Shown one piece after another: positions 30,730-41,350 of a DNA stretch of 64,000 bases (position 1 is its first letter; every line of letters starts with the position of its first letter). The stretch is from an uncultured cyanobacterium (GTDB lineage: Bacteria; Cyanobacteriota; Cyanobacteriia; Cyanobacteriales; Cyanobacteriaceae): positions 416,001-480,000 of the forward strand of contig CAVVOP010000022.1 of NCBI GenBank assembly GCA_963749915.1, given 5' to 3'. The notes under the pieces are model-generated. The model saw only the letters and a list, made by a program, of their open reading frames with translations, searched no databases and was not told the origin of the DNA. Position numbers and translations under genes: made by a program.

Positions 30730-32979
30730 ATGTTTATCCCTAGTCAATCTCTCATTAGCAGAATTATTCCCTATGAAATGTTCACTAAAATCAGCCACCT
30801 TTGGCAAGACTTAGTAAACAAAAATGGACATGAAGGGATATATCTCAGTGAGGATAATTTAATGTCCTCTGCAAACAAACAAATAAATAAACAAAAATTC
30901 CACAGTTTTCAATTATTTGTGTCAGAAAAAATACGGGCTTTACTATTAGTCGAAAAACAGATTGACAAATTATACTATCAAATAACTATCACTTTTGATC
31001 ATCAAGAAATAGCTGATTTTTTAGAATTAACTGAAGATCATATTGTTATATCAGAACAACAATTAACGAAACTAAATACTATTTTATCTCAACGTCAACA
31101 TCAAGATTTTTCTAATCAGAATTTCATTGTTGCTTTACTGAAAATACTTACCGAACCTTTATCTTTTCAGGAAGGATACTTGAACGACTATTATCAAAAT
31201 CAATCCATAGAAGTTATTTTAAAAAATAGAATTGAACAAGAGAGAATTTTACATCAAGTAACTCAACAAATACAGCAAGATTTAGATCTACTAATTATTA
31301 TCAAAATGACCATAGAACAAGTACAAACCTTGTTAGAGGTAGATCGTATTTTAATATATCAAATAAAAGTGCCAATTAAACAAGAATTTTCAGAGGAAAG
31401 TAAGTTTATTGATACAGTTACCTATGAAGCAAAGGCATCGAGTATTATTTCTTCGGTCTTAAATTTTCAAGAAGAAACTTGTTTCCATAACATTAAAAAC
31501 TGTGAAGAAAAATACCTCAACGGATTTCATTTAGCTGTAGAAGATATCGATAATTGCCATCTCAATAATTGTCTCAAAGAATCAATGCAAAAATTAGGAA
31601 TAAAGGCCAAAATAGTTATTCCGATTATTGTTCAAAATAAGTTATGGGGTTTATTAATTGCTCATCAATGTTCTACTCCCAGAAAATGGAAAAGTAATGA
31701 AGTTAATTTTCTAAAAAATATTGCTGAATATTTAGCTGTTGCTATCTATCAATATAACTCCTATCAAAAGCTAGAAGAACAAAAAAAATTACTAGAAAAA
31801 CAAATAGAAAAAAAAGCAAAACAATTACAAGATGCCCTAATTGCTGCCCAAATAGCTAATCAGTCTAAAACGGAGTTTTTAGGTAGTATTAGCCATGAAT
31901 TAAGGACTCCTTTAACTTGTGTTATTGGCTTGTCAAGTACTTTATTACATTGGTCAAAAGATCCCAAAAATAGTTTATCCAGTGATCAACAAATAAGATA
32001 TTTAGGAATTATTCAGGATAGTGGCAGGAAATTATTACAGCTAATCAATAATATCTTAGATTTTGCTGATATTGAAGCAGGTAAATCACTACTTTATATG
32101 GAACAAATATCCCTACAAAATATTAGCAAAATGATTTATTTAGCTGGGTTAGAAATTGCTCGTAATCAAGGCATAAGTATAAGACTGGATAATCCCACAA
32201 CTCTCGACTTGGACTTATTCTATGCTGACGGAGAAAGACTATATCAAATATTATTAAATCTAGTAGATAATGCGATTAAATTTACACCATCAGGAGGCGA
32301 AGTAATTATTAGATTAAGGAGAAATAAAAATCAAGCCATTTTTCAAGTAGAAGACACAGGAATAGGTATTTATGAAGAACAAATTCCTCTTTTATTTACT
32401 AAATTTCAGCAACTAGAAAATTATCGAACTCGTACCCATTCTGGCACCGGATTAGGACTGGCGTTAACTAAACATTTAGTGGAATTACATGGAGGTTTAA
32501 TCGAAGTAGAATCCGTGGTGGGAAAGGGATCTATTTTTACGGTAATTTTGCCCAATGCTGATGAAGACAAAACCAGGATAAAACCCAAAACAAATCAAGA
32601 AGAAATACTCGAAATAAAAACTAATAAAACTATTGTAATTATTTGTGATGATGATGAGATCGGTACTTTTTTATGTGAATTATTAACCGTAGCTGACTAT
32701 CAAGTTATTTGGTTAGTAGATGTCCATGAGGCTATCAGTCGAATAAAATTAATTAATCCTGCCATTGTTATTTTAGAAAAAAATCAGCAAATATCCCTAA
32801 AAATTTCTGCTGCCCTTAAAACCGAAACTGATAATAATTTACACTTAATAGTAATTCGAGAAAAAATAAGTGGCAATGATTGGGACGTTTTATCTAATTC
32901 TGGTATTGATGAATACCTATTAAAACCATTACAACCGATAATTTTACTAGAAAAAATAGGAAGGTTAATTAACAATTAA
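30730..32979 (+). CDS. cikA: CikA-like GAF histidine kinase with C-terminal pseudo-receiver
   Basis: GAF (ETCF, LWGLLIAHQC), SHELRTPL, NLVDNAIKFT and GTGLGL motifs; degenerate receiver domain. Confidence 0.75.
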   Translation: MFIPSQSLISRIIPYEMFTKISHLWQDLVNKNGHEGIYLSEDNLMSSANKQINKQKFHSFQLFVSEKIRALLLVEKQIDKLYYQITITFDHQEIADFLELTEDHIVISEQQLTKLNTILSQRQHQDFSNQNFIVALLKILTEPLSFQEGYLNDYYQNQSIEVILKNRIEQERILHQVTQQIQQDLDLLIIIKMTIEQVQTLLEVDRILIYQIKVPIKQEFSEESKFIDTVTYEAKASSIISSVLNFQEETCFHNIKNCEEKYLNGFHLAVEDIDNCHLNNCLKESMQKLGIKAKIVIPIIVQNKLWGLLIAHQCSTPRKWKSNEVNFLKNIAEYLAVAIYQYNSYQKLEEQKKLLEKQIEKKAKQLQDALIAAQIANQSKTEFLGSISHELRTPLTCVIGLSSTLLHWSKDPKNSLSSDQQIRYLGIIQDSGRKLLQLINNILDFADIEAGKSLLYMEQISLQNISKMIYLAGLEIARNQGISIRLDNPTTLDLDLFYADGERLYQILLNLVDNAIKFTPSGGEVIIRLRRNKNQAIFQVEDTGIGIYEEQIPLLFTKFQQLENYRTRTHSGTGLGLALTKHLVELHGGLIEVESVVGKGSIFTVILPNADEDKTRIKPKTNQEEILEIKTNKTIVIICDDDEIGTFLCELLTVADYQVIWLVDVHEAISRIKLINPAIVILEKNQQISLKISAALKTETDNNLHLIVIREKISGNDWDVLSNSGIDEYLLKPLQPIILLEKIGRLINN

Positions 32980-33029
32980 CAGTGTAGGAATTTGTCCAAA
33001 TAATTCTGAATTATCAATTATTTCCTCCC

Positions 33030-34097
33030 ATGGCTGAATTAGAAATTATTAAAATATTATCTAAATTTATTAAAAATAATCAATTATCATCGTTGCACTT
33101 AAAACTATTAGAAGATGATCAAGCTGATCATCAATATCCCCTTAAATCTAACAATAACTTTGTTCAACAAAAACTTGACATTTTATCCCTTATTCATCCC
33201 AAATTAAACTTATTATTTCATGATCTAAAACTTACTAATAAATCTAATAACATAAATAATATTTGGAATTTTTGGCTTCCTTTAGCCTTAGAATTAGCAG
33301 AAAAAAAAAGGCAAAAAAATTACCCTTTTACCGTAGGTATTTTGGGGGGACAAGGTACAGGAAAAACCACTTTAACCCAAATATTACCTCTTATTTGGCA
33401 ATCTCTTAATCTATCCAGTGTCGGCATTTCCCTTGATGATTTATATAAAACCTACGAAGAAAGACAAAAATTGCTCAACATTGATTCTCGTTTAATTTGG
33501 CGTGGTCCTCCGGGTACTCACGATATAAACTTAGGGATCAAAATTTTAGATCAACTTCATCAGGGTAACTATCCCGTCGATATTCCCCGTTTTGATAAAT
33601 CCCTTTATGATGGTTCCGGCGATCGTATCGCACCACAGAAAGTAAACAAAACAGATATAATCATATTAGAAGGTTGGTTTATAGGAGTGCAACCTGTGTC
33701 AGCAAAAGCATTTAGCAACCCTCCTTATCCCATTGTCACCCAAGAAGACAAAAAATTTGCCCTAGATTGTAATGAAAGACTTAAAGAATATCTACCTTTA
33801 TGGGAAAAACTCGACTACCTAATGATATTTAACCCAGAAGACTATAGATTTAGCTTACAGTGGCGAAAAACAGCCGAACATGAAATGATAAACCAAGGGA
33901 AAACAGGTATGAGTGACAAAGAGATTGAGAAATTTGTGCATTATTTTTGGAAAGCCTTACATCCGCAAATTTATATCGAGTCTATGACAAAAAACCCTTT
34001 ATTAACCGATTTGGTTGTAAATATTAATTATGACCATACTATTACGAAAATCGATCGCCCTTCTCAAACGGACGAAGTCCCTATAAACAGAGGGTAA
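33030..34097 (+). CDS. Glycerate kinase (GLYK-type P-loop kinase)
   Basis: GGQGTGKTT, SLDDLY, RGPPGTHD, PRFDKSL and EGWF motifs. Confidence 0.85.
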   Translation: MAELEIIKILSKFIKNNQLSSLHLKLLEDDQADHQYPLKSNNNFVQQKLDILSLIHPKLNLLFHDLKLTNKSNNINNIWNFWLPLALELAEKKRQKNYPFTVGILGGQGTGKTTLTQILPLIWQSLNLSSVGISLDDLYKTYEERQKLLNIDSRLIWRGPPGTHDINLGIKILDQLHQGNYPVDIPRFDKSLYDGSGDRIAPQKVNKTDIIILEGWFIGVQPVSAKAFSNPPYPIVTQEDKKFALDCNERLKEYLPLWEKLDYLMIFNPEDYRFSLQWRKTAEHEMINQGKTGMSDKEIEKFVHYFWKALHPQIYIESMTKNPLLTDLVVNINYDHTITKIDRPSQTDEVPINRG

Positions 34098-34254
34098 GAA
34101 CCCCCCGCTTATATTCCATTGCTCATTGCCTATAAAATATTGTAACCTACAATGACCAAACTATCAAAAAATGTTTATACAGAATATCCCACTGCACAAT
34201 TACACTGCACAAAATATTATCATAAAGAGAAATAATATCAACACTGAGAAAAAT

Positions 34255-34539
34255 ATGGTTTTAAACGAATTAGAAATTAGACAAAAATTAGCTAATTTCC
34301 CCGATTGGATGACTAATGGACAGTTTCTAAGTAGGACTTATAAGTTTAAAGACTTTATCCAGGCCGTTGAATTTGTCAATCTTTTAGTTACTCCCGCCGA
34401 AAAAGCCGGACATCATCCCGATATATACATATCTTACAATAAAGTAACTATTCATTTAACTACTCATGACGCTGGTGGGATTACCCAAAAAGACTTTGAC
34501 TTAGCGGCAGAAATTGTCAAAATTGCCGACAGTTTTTAA
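34255..34539 (+). CDS. phhB: Pterin-4a-carbinolamine dehydratase (ORF track starts at 34171)
   Basis: AEKAGHHPD and THDAGGIT.KD motifs. Confidence 0.9.
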   Translation: MVLNELEIRQKLANFPDWMTNGQFLSRTYKFKDFIQAVEFVNLLVTPAEKAGHHPDIYISYNKVTIHLTTHDAGGITQKDFDLAAEIVKIADSF

Positions 34540-34593
34540 ATTATCAACAACTCTAATTTCTAGTTTTTTGAGTCCAAATTAGCCAGTAATAAA

Positions 34594-35166
34594 TCAATAA
34601 GTTAATGAGTGCAAATTTTGCTCATCGGTGATTCCCACAGGTACATACTCAATGCAAGGTAAACAAGCCCCTGATAGACCTTTTTTGATTCTCTCAGGGG
34701 TTTGAGGAAAAATAATAAATAACGGATGAATTTCTTCAGCTAAATCGCTGAACATATGTTCTTCCGCATGAGGCATAATCCATTCATACTCTTTACGAAG
34801 ATAAATCTGTGATTGTCGCCAACGTCTGAGTAAATCCGAGAAGTCTTCTTCAGGACGATGAATAAATACGAGTATTTCTACCCCCATTTTAATCTTCCAT
34901 TCAGGATCGCACATTAACACCGCCACATCGCAGGGAATAGGAGTAACTTCATCTAAGCAAAGTTGACTTAAATGATCTCCAGAAACAGTTCTCAAATTCC
35001 GCACCTTCGCTAAGGGTAAAGGAATGGCAATAATGCTGTCAACAGGTCGTCTCATGCTAGGGATCATTTCCAAATATTGACGATATTGACCTAATAGAGA
35101 AACAATGTGCTCTCGGTTACTATAATCAGCTAATACCGTTTCATAATCTGATTGTTTTATACTCAT
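34594..35166 (-). CDS. Conserved cyanobacterial hypothetical protein downstream of pilC
   Basis: Long ORF with normal composition; LMCDPEWKIK motif. Confidence 0.75.
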   Translation of the reverse strand: MSIKQSDYETVLADYSNREHIVSLLGQYRQYLEMIPSMRRPVDSIIAIPLPLAKVRNLRTVSGDHLSQLCLDEVTPIPCDVAVLMCDPEWKIKMGVEILVFIHRPEEDFSDLLRRWRQSQIYLRKEYEWIMPHAEEHMFSDLAEEIHPLFIIFPQTPERIKKGLSGACLPCIEYVPVGITDEQNLHSLTY

Positions 35167-35220
35167 AATTTAATAGAGAATCTTAGGAATAGGAAATAAT
35201 TGTTAATTGTTAATTGTTTT

Positions 35221-36435
35221 TTATCCGAGTTGATCGAATATCGAGAACATAGGTAGATACATAGATAATAGAATTGTTCCTACCATTCCGGCAATACCCA
35301 CCATCATTAGAGGCTCAATAACGCTAGTTAAGGCTTTTACGGCTTGTTCGACTTCATCCTCATAAAAGTCTGCTACTTTCATCATCATGGAGTCTAATTC
35401 TCCCGTTTCTTCCCCAATCATCATCATTTGTATCGCCATACTGGGAAATACTTTTTTCTCGGCGATGCCAATACTAAGCATGCCTCCTTGTAAAACGGAA
35501 TCTTTAGCTGCACCAATGGAATTAGCAATAACCTTATTAGGGATAGTGTCCTGGACAATATCCAAACATTGGAGAATAGGAACACCAGAACGGGTTAAAG
35601 TACCGAAAACACGGCAAAAACGAGCTACAGCACTTTTTTGGTTTAAGTCGCCAAAAATGGGTGCTTTTAAGGCCAATGTATCTATTTGTATCCTTCCCGC
35701 CGGAGTTTTATAATATTTTCTAAAAGCAAAAACAACACCAGCAATAACGATTATCGGGATAACAGCTTTAGGACTTCTTAAAAATCCGCTCAAATTCACC
35801 ATAAATTGAGTCAAAGCAGGTAATTCTGCTCCTAACTGGTCAAAAATCCCAGCAAATACGGGAATCAAGAAAATGGTCATCCCCAAAAAAGCCACCACCG
35901 CAAAAATTCCCACCGTGACAGGATAAGCCATAGCGGATTTAATTTGGTTTTGTAACCGTGCCACATCTTCTAAGAGTTTAGCAAGACGATTCATTACCTC
36001 ATCTAAAACCCCCCCAGTTTCCCCAGCTTCCACCATGGAAACATAAAGTTGATCAAAACAATCGGGATGTTTAGCCATAGCCTCGGAGAGGTTTGTCCCT
36101 TGTTGTACATCGGAACTGATACTATTTAAAGCTTTTTTAAATTTGGGGTTGCCGGATTGTTCAGCTAATACCGTTAAAGTTCTGATAATTGCCACCCCAG
36201 CATTAACTAACACGGCGAATTGACGAGAAAAAATCGCTTTATCCTTAACCGTCACCGTACTCATGGCCGCTTCAATACTAGCCATGTCAAATTCCATGCC
36301 GGCTTTTTTGATTTTACCAATGGCGGCAAATCTTTTTTTGAGAATTCTTTTCGCTTCGTCTTGAGAATCGGCAACTACTCTTTCATTGAGTATATTACCG
36401 GCTTTATCTTTAACTTGAACAATAAAAGTAGCCAT
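35221..36435 (-). CDS. pilC: Type IV pilus platform protein (GspF family)
   Basis: FSRQFA, AGETGG.LD, GEETGELD and EP motifs. Confidence 0.95.
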   Translation of the reverse strand: MATFIVQVKDKAGNILNERVVADSQDEAKRILKKRFAAIGKIKKAGMEFDMASIEAAMSTVTVKDKAIFSRQFAVLVNAGVAIIRTLTVLAEQSGNPKFKKALNSISSDVQQGTNLSEAMAKHPDCFDQLYVSMVEAGETGGVLDEVMNRLAKLLEDVARLQNQIKSAMAYPVTVGIFAVVAFLGMTIFLIPVFAGIFDQLGAELPALTQFMVNLSGFLRSPKAVIPIIVIAGVVFAFRKYYKTPAGRIQIDTLALKAPIFGDLNQKSAVARFCRVFGTLTRSGVPILQCLDIVQDTIPNKVIANSIGAAKDSVLQGGMLSIGIAEKKVFPSMAIQMMMIGEETGELDSMMMKVADFYEDEVEQAVKALTSVIEPLMMVGIAGMVGTILLSMYLPMFSIFDQLG

Positions 36436-36446
36436 AGGTTTTCAGA

Positions 36447-36485
36447 ATTGATAATTGACAATTGACAATTGATAATTGATAATTG
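36447..36485. repeat. (AATTGA[T/C]) heptamer repeat between pilT and pilC
   Basis: aattgataattgacaattgacaattgataattgataattg. Confidence 0.8.
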
Positions 36486-36565
36486 CTAGTCGATGGTTTA
36501 CAGTTAATTTTTCTCTAGTCTCTCAGTCTCCTCCTTCTTTGTCCATCGGTCTTCCTTGCCTTGAT

Positions 36566-37681
36566 CTATCTTTTCTTCGTGGTGCTTGTCATAGTGCCAT
36601 CCATGCCACTGCCTACTAGTAAACGTTTTAATTCGTCAGGTCTGCTACTTTTCGCTAATCCTTCTTCTAAGCTAATTGTTCCCGTTTTGACATATCCTGC
36701 TAAAGCCTGTTCCATGGTTTGCATGCCTAATTTACCCCCCGTTTGAATAGCTGAATAAATTTGAGGTGCTTTTGCTTCCCTGATTAAGTTGGCGATCGCT
36801 GGGGTGACAATCATAATTTCTTGACCCATAGCCCTGCCAAATTCACCAGGTTTGGGGTTTTTCTTCTTCACTAAACATTGAGCAAATACTGCTAATAAGG
36901 AGTTAGATAACATCGCCCGAATTTGAGCCTGTTCTGCGGAGGGGAAAACATCAATAATACGATCGATAGTACCAGCCGCCGAGCTAGTGTGGAGAGTCCC
37001 AAAAACGAGATGTCCTGTTTCTGCCGCACTGATGGCCAAAGAGATGGTTTCTAAGTCTCGCATTTCACCCACGAGAATAATATCGGGATCTTCCCGTAAA
37101 GCCGCCCTTAAAGCATTAGCAAAACTCTTGGTATCTTCTCCTTTTTGGCGTTGGTGGAACAAGCTATTAACATTAGGGAATACATACTCGATGGGATCTT
37201 CTACGGTTAAAATATGTTCAGCACGGGTACGATTAATTAAATCCAACATCGCCGCTAAGGTTGTCGTTTTACCCGATCCAGTTTGTCCTGTTACCAGAAT
37301 TAAGCCCCTAGGGCGATCGGTCATTTCTTTAACAATGTCAGGCAAACCCAGTTGATCGAAGTTAGGAATTTTAGAAGATAACGCCCGTAAACAAGCGGCA
37401 TAGCAACCTCTTTCCTTATAAACATTCACCCTAAATCGAGCCAACCCTTTAACACCATAGGAACAATCTAACTCCCATTCCTGTTCGAGAGTTTTCCGTT
37501 GAGTGTTATTTAACATACTAAAAATCAGTTTTTGACACTCTTGAGGATTCAACGGTTCTTCACCGATGGGGGTCAGTTTGCCACTAATACGAAAGTAGAT
37601 GGGGGCCCCTGCTTGAATGTGCATATCGGATCCACCCAATTCTACTAACTGTTCCATCAAATCTTCGATCATTATTTCCAT
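36566..37681 (-). CDS. pilT: Type IV pilus retraction ATPase
   Basis: GQTGSGKTT, EDPIE, LREDPD...GEMRD and AIANLIRE motifs. Confidence 0.96.
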   Translation of the reverse strand: MEIMIEDLMEQLVELGGSDMHIQAGAPIYFRISGKLTPIGEEPLNPQECQKLIFSMLNNTQRKTLEQEWELDCSYGVKGLARFRVNVYKERGCYAACLRALSSKIPNFDQLGLPDIVKEMTDRPRGLILVTGQTGSGKTTTLAAMLDLINRTRAEHILTVEDPIEYVFPNVNSLFHQRQKGEDTKSFANALRAALREDPDIILVGEMRDLETISLAISAAETGHLVFGTLHTSSAAGTIDRIIDVFPSAEQAQIRAMLSNSLLAVFAQCLVKKKNPKPGEFGRAMGQEIMIVTPAIANLIREAKAPQIYSAIQTGGKLGMQTMEQALAGYVKTGTISLEEGLAKSSRPDELKRLLVGSGMDGTMTSTTKKR

Positions 37682-37816
37682 AGTTCTATTCTCCTAATCT
37701 AAAAGCTATTTTCAATATAACTCAATATTTCAATGAAAAAAAAAAGAAAGGTGGAACTAACAGAAAAGATCAAAGTAGAGTATTGGATGCTATGCTCTGG
37801 TTGATATTTTTTCAAA

Positions 37817-38260
37817 TTATAACATTATGAGGTTTATCAAATTTTCCGGCACTGGAATTACTGATAAACGATTACCCTTTTTTACCACTAATAACTCTTC
37901 TGAGGAGAATCTATTTTTCAAAGTGTCTAAAGAGATTAATTCAGGAAAAATTTGTTTAAATTGTACCTTTACAGTATGCCAACGAGGATTATTAATGGTA
38001 GATTTTTTATCAAAATAAATACTTTTAGAATCAAATTGGGTAGGATCAATAATATTAGTTGCAGTAATTTCCATCAAACCAATAATTCCTGGGGGGTTAC
38101 AATTAGAGTGATAAAAAAAAGCTAAATCTCCGACTTGCATTTGCCTTAAAAAATTTCTAGCTTGATAGTTTCTGACACCATCCCAAATAGTAGTGTTTTC
38201 TCTTTTTAAATCCTCAATGCTATATACTCGAGGTTCAGATTTCATTAACCAATAAGCCAT
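37817..38260 (-). CDS. EVE domain protein
   Basis: YWLMKSEP, WDGVRNYQARN and RLSV.PV motifs. Confidence 0.92.
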   Translation of the reverse strand: MAYWLMKSEPRVYSIEDLKRENTTIWDGVRNYQARNFLRQMQVGDLAFFYHSNCNPPGIIGLMEITATNIIDPTQFDSKSIYFDKKSTINNPRWHTVKVQFKQIFPELISLDTLKNRFSSEELLVVKKGNRLSVIPVPENLINLIML

Positions 38261-38406
38261 GATAATAATTGATAACTGGCAATTACTTTACCTTAACGCC
38301 CTTAATTGAAACTTACAAAATTTTTATCAAAACTATTATATATTTGCTATAGGAGAAATAATCATTGGACTTTTAATTCGCGAAAATAAATATTTACCAG
38401 GTTTTT

Positions 38407-40101
38407 ATGAGCTTTAGTCATCGTTATTTCAGTCGTAAGCTTACCGCTTTAACTTTAAGTATCCTTAGTTTAGCTGCTTTAAATATTAAAAAGGTTTATT
38501 CTGCTGACAATATTTTTGCTGTTTATAGTCCTTTTATCACCTCTTTGCGGGTTGAATCTTTAGAGCAATTCGCCCAAGATGGTACCATTAACCAAAATTT
38601 AGGTTTTTATCTCAATTTAGCCAGAGTTAATGAAGAACAAAAAACCCTGTTCCGAGAGGCATTAACCACTCCAGTAATAGTTGATCCCGTTTTGATTTCT
38701 CGGATTTTAAATACGGACGAAGGTGAACGTTTACTTAACTATTTCGGTTCTGCTGTTAATATCAGGGGAGGAAGAAATGGTAAATATATCCTCAGAGGTG
38801 CATTAGTAAAAGCCGCTATGGAAAAAGATGGGTTAAGTTTAATCAATGTATTGCGGAATTTAGCGGTAGATGTTCAAATTAACGTTCCCCAAGTTTTAAG
38901 ATATAGAGACCAAATTAATTTAGTCGTTAAAGGTAGTGAGTTATTTGCTGCTGAAATTGCTAATTTAGCCACCATGGAAGCCGAGTCCAATCCTCCCGTA
39001 GATTTTAATAAACTGACGGATATTCGACAACCCGGACCCCTCACTGTCACTCATACTAATTTGAATTTATTCGATTCTAAGAGAAATCGGGGATTTTATG
39101 TGGAATTATATCAACCTGAACAGTTAAGCCCTAATAATCCTGTAATTATATTATCCCACGGTTTAAGCTCTCGTCCTGAAGATTTTACTAGAATGGCCGG
39201 TCATCTGGCTTCCTATGGTTATGTAGTGGCAATGCCTCAACATCCAGGTAGTGATATTCGTCAAACAGAAAATTTCATTGCTGGATTTTCCCGTCAAATT
39301 TTCCTCCTCGATGAATTTATCGATCGCCCTTTAGATATTACTTTTTTGTTGGATGAATTAACCCGTTTAAATCCCCCTCAATTTGGCGGTAAATTAAATC
39401 TGGATAGCGTCGGGGTAGGAGGGCATTCTTTCGGGGGTTATACGGCTTTGGCAGTAGGGGGTGCAAAAATTGATTTTGATAACTTAGAAAATGTTTGTAA
39501 TTTAGCCATCGGCAACTTAAATAATGCTCTTTTATTACAGTGTCGAGCTTTAAATTTACCCAGAAAAGACTATGATTTTCGTGATCCCCGAGTTAAAGCG
39601 GTTTTTACCGCCAATCCTGTTAATGCCTCTATTTTCGGGATAAATGGGTTAAATAAGGTGGAAGTACCTACATTTTTTGGGGCTGGAACTTATGATCCGG
39701 CTACCCCCTTTATTTTTGAACAAGCCCGAACTTTTCCTTATATTAATAATAAAGATACTTATTTTCAATTACAAGAAGGTCAAGCGCACGTTGACTTTTC
39801 TCAGTTAGACGCTGGGATCACTGATTTAGTGGAAACTGTCGGTAATTTAACTTTACCCTCACCTTATTTATTAGATGAATACACTAATTCTATGGCATTG
39901 GCTTTTTTCAAGGTACACTTAAACAAGGATGAAAATTATCGAGTTTATCTACAATCGGCTTACGGCAAGTATTTAAGTCAAGGACAGGAATTTAAAACCC
40001 ATATGATCACTGATGATTCTGTACCCGCCCTCCGAGAAAAATTTGAAAAATTTATACAAGATAATTACGATTTAATTTTTGGATCAACTCTTCTGCGTTA
40101 A
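38407..40101 (+). CDS. DUF1400-type alpha/beta hydrolase
   Basis: SHGL, HPGSD, DRPLD and GHSFGG motifs. Confidence 0.85.
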   Translation: MSFSHRYFSRKLTALTLSILSLAALNIKKVYSADNIFAVYSPFITSLRVESLEQFAQDGTINQNLGFYLNLARVNEEQKTLFREALTTPVIVDPVLISRILNTDEGERLLNYFGSAVNIRGGRNGKYILRGALVKAAMEKDGLSLINVLRNLAVDVQINVPQVLRYRDQINLVVKGSELFAAEIANLATMEAESNPPVDFNKLTDIRQPGPLTVTHTNLNLFDSKRNRGFYVELYQPEQLSPNNPVIILSHGLSSRPEDFTRMAGHLASYGYVVAMPQHPGSDIRQTENFIAGFSRQIFLLDEFIDRPLDITFLLDELTRLNPPQFGGKLNLDSVGVGGHSFGGYTALAVGGAKIDFDNLENVCNLAIGNLNNALLLQCRALNLPRKDYDFRDPRVKAVFTANPVNASIFGINGLNKVEVPTFFGAGTYDPATPFIFEQARTFPYINNKDTYFQLQEGQAHVDFSQLDAGITDLVETVGNLTLPSPYLLDEYTNSMALAFFKVHLNKDENYRVYLQSAYGKYLSQGQEFKTHMITDDSVPALREKFEKFIQDNYDLIFGSTLLR

Positions 40102-40113
40102 GTTTTAACTTTA

Positions 40114-40341
40114 TTAACTCCTAACTATTGCAATTTCATCTTCTTGGAAATGGGCTTTAAATTTTTTGCCAAATTTAACAAGGTAAGGAAAATTGGCACT
40201 TACTGGTCTTCCTTGCCATTGTGTTACAATTTCTATTAATTCTCCTTCCATCCCTTTAACATCAAAGGCTTCTTTTTTATGTTCAGGATGATGATATACC
40301 AATACTGATTCTTGTACTTTAACGCGATCGCCTACTTTCAT
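40114..40341 (-). CDS. ftrV: Ferredoxin-thioredoxin reductase variable chain
   Basis: MKVGDRV, VYHHP and GRPVSAN.P motifs. Confidence 0.92.
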   Translation of the reverse strand: MKVGDRVKVQESVLVYHHPEHKKEAFDVKGMEGELIEIVTQWQGRPVSANFPYLVKFGKKFKAHFQEDEIAIVRS

Positions 40342-40465
40342 AGTTGAGATTTCAATAATAAATTTGAATAAACAGAGGATATATGCTCAAAGGCAACTCT
40401 CTTATTTTTGCATAACTGGTCATATCTGCAAACTTTAGCTTAAAAAAGTTAACAAGGAAGTTAAA

Positions 40466-40631
40466 CAATACTGTTCGGAAAGCTTGCCGAAAACGTTGTC
40501 GTTGGGACGAAATAATAAGTAATAAGTAATAAGTAATAAGTAATAAGTAATAAGTAATAAGTGACACGAATTTATTACCTTCTGCCTTACCACCGCCGAC
40601 AATTATATTTTCCAAAACCTTCGCAGTATTG
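40466..40631. mobile_element. MITE, 166 bp, CAATACTG/CAGTATTG ends, 10-bp target duplication, internal (AATAAGT)x7
   Basis: Flanks GGAAGTTAAA (40456-40465) and GGGAGTTAAA (40632-40641); repeat array at 40514-40562. Confidence 0.8.
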
Positions 40632-40754
40632 GGGAGTTAAATGCCTTTTCTCGCCACTGATATTAGTATTGCTGAGCAAAATTTGATTAGATGGTTTGAT
40701 GAAGTGAAAAACCCACAATTGCTCATTCATGCTCACAATATCAATTAACTAACA

Positions 40755-40946
40755 TTAGTGACTATGGGCAAGGTAGGATAAACAATTATTTACCAAAAAA
40801 TATACCACCATCATAGCCGTAGCACACAAAGCCACCAATGCACCAGCTAACATCAAGGAAAATTCACGATGATCAAAAGCCTGTTGCATTAAATGTAATG
40901 ACCAAGCTACTAATGCGACATCGAAAATGAGAATCGGAATTAACAT
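40755..40946 (-). CDS. Small conserved cyanobacterial membrane protein
   Basis: MLIPILIFDVALVAWSLHLM...EFSLMLAG; two TM segments. Confidence 0.7.
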   Translation of the reverse strand: MLIPILIFDVALVAWSLHLMQQAFDHREFSLMLAGALVALCATAMMVVYFLVNNCLSYLAHSH

Positions 40947-41066
40947 TTCTTAACAATCTAAGGTTTAGTCTATTCTAATACATATCTTTGAAAAAGATTA
41001 ACTTTTTAAAATTGACTAATTAGGGTTTGCTGAATAAAAACTAGGATTCTTGGCAAAGCAAAAGCC

Positions 41067-41183
41067 TGGTTTGCAATAGTATCCATCCAATCTGAGATAT
41101 CAACACCTATGCCAGTTCCTCATGGTCATGTTATGGGGATCGATGTTGGCTTGTTGTCTTAATTGTCCATGGGGGGATGTCAC
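41067..41183 (+). pseudogene. tnpB: IS200/IS605 TnpB fragment (RuvC-I) with a right-end-like motif
   Basis: WFAIVSIQSEISTPMPVPHGHVMGIDVGLLS* followed by GGGGGGATGTCAC. Confidence 0.7.
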
Positions 41184-41259
41184 TTTTGTCCTGAATTAAA
41201 TTTAGTTCATATCTTCTTTGAGGGAATTTTTCGTGGTGAAGAAAAATCTACCCATAATC

Positions 41260-41327
41260 ATGAGGAAAGAGGTGACTCTAAGTCAAAGATTGATAATCTA
41301 CAGAAGGAAGAACCACCATAGCCTCAT
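41260..41327 (-). ncRNA. Candidate small structured RNA (~68 nt)
   Basis: Minus-strand TATAAT at 41338-41333. AUGAGG/CCUCAU and GGUGGUUCU/AGAGUCACC stems; the second pairs fully only on the minus strand (two G-U pairs). Confidence 0.55.
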
Positions 41328-41350
41328 CCGCCATTATAGCCGATTTTTAT

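Noticed and set aside
35221..37681. pilT-pilC without pilB
   Set aside because: A separate pilB is known in other unicellular cyanobacteria such as Synechocystis, so this is not unusual.
40352..40615. 87-aa ORF with ITYYLLL repeats
   Set aside because: It is the translation of the (AATAAGT)n array inside a MITE.
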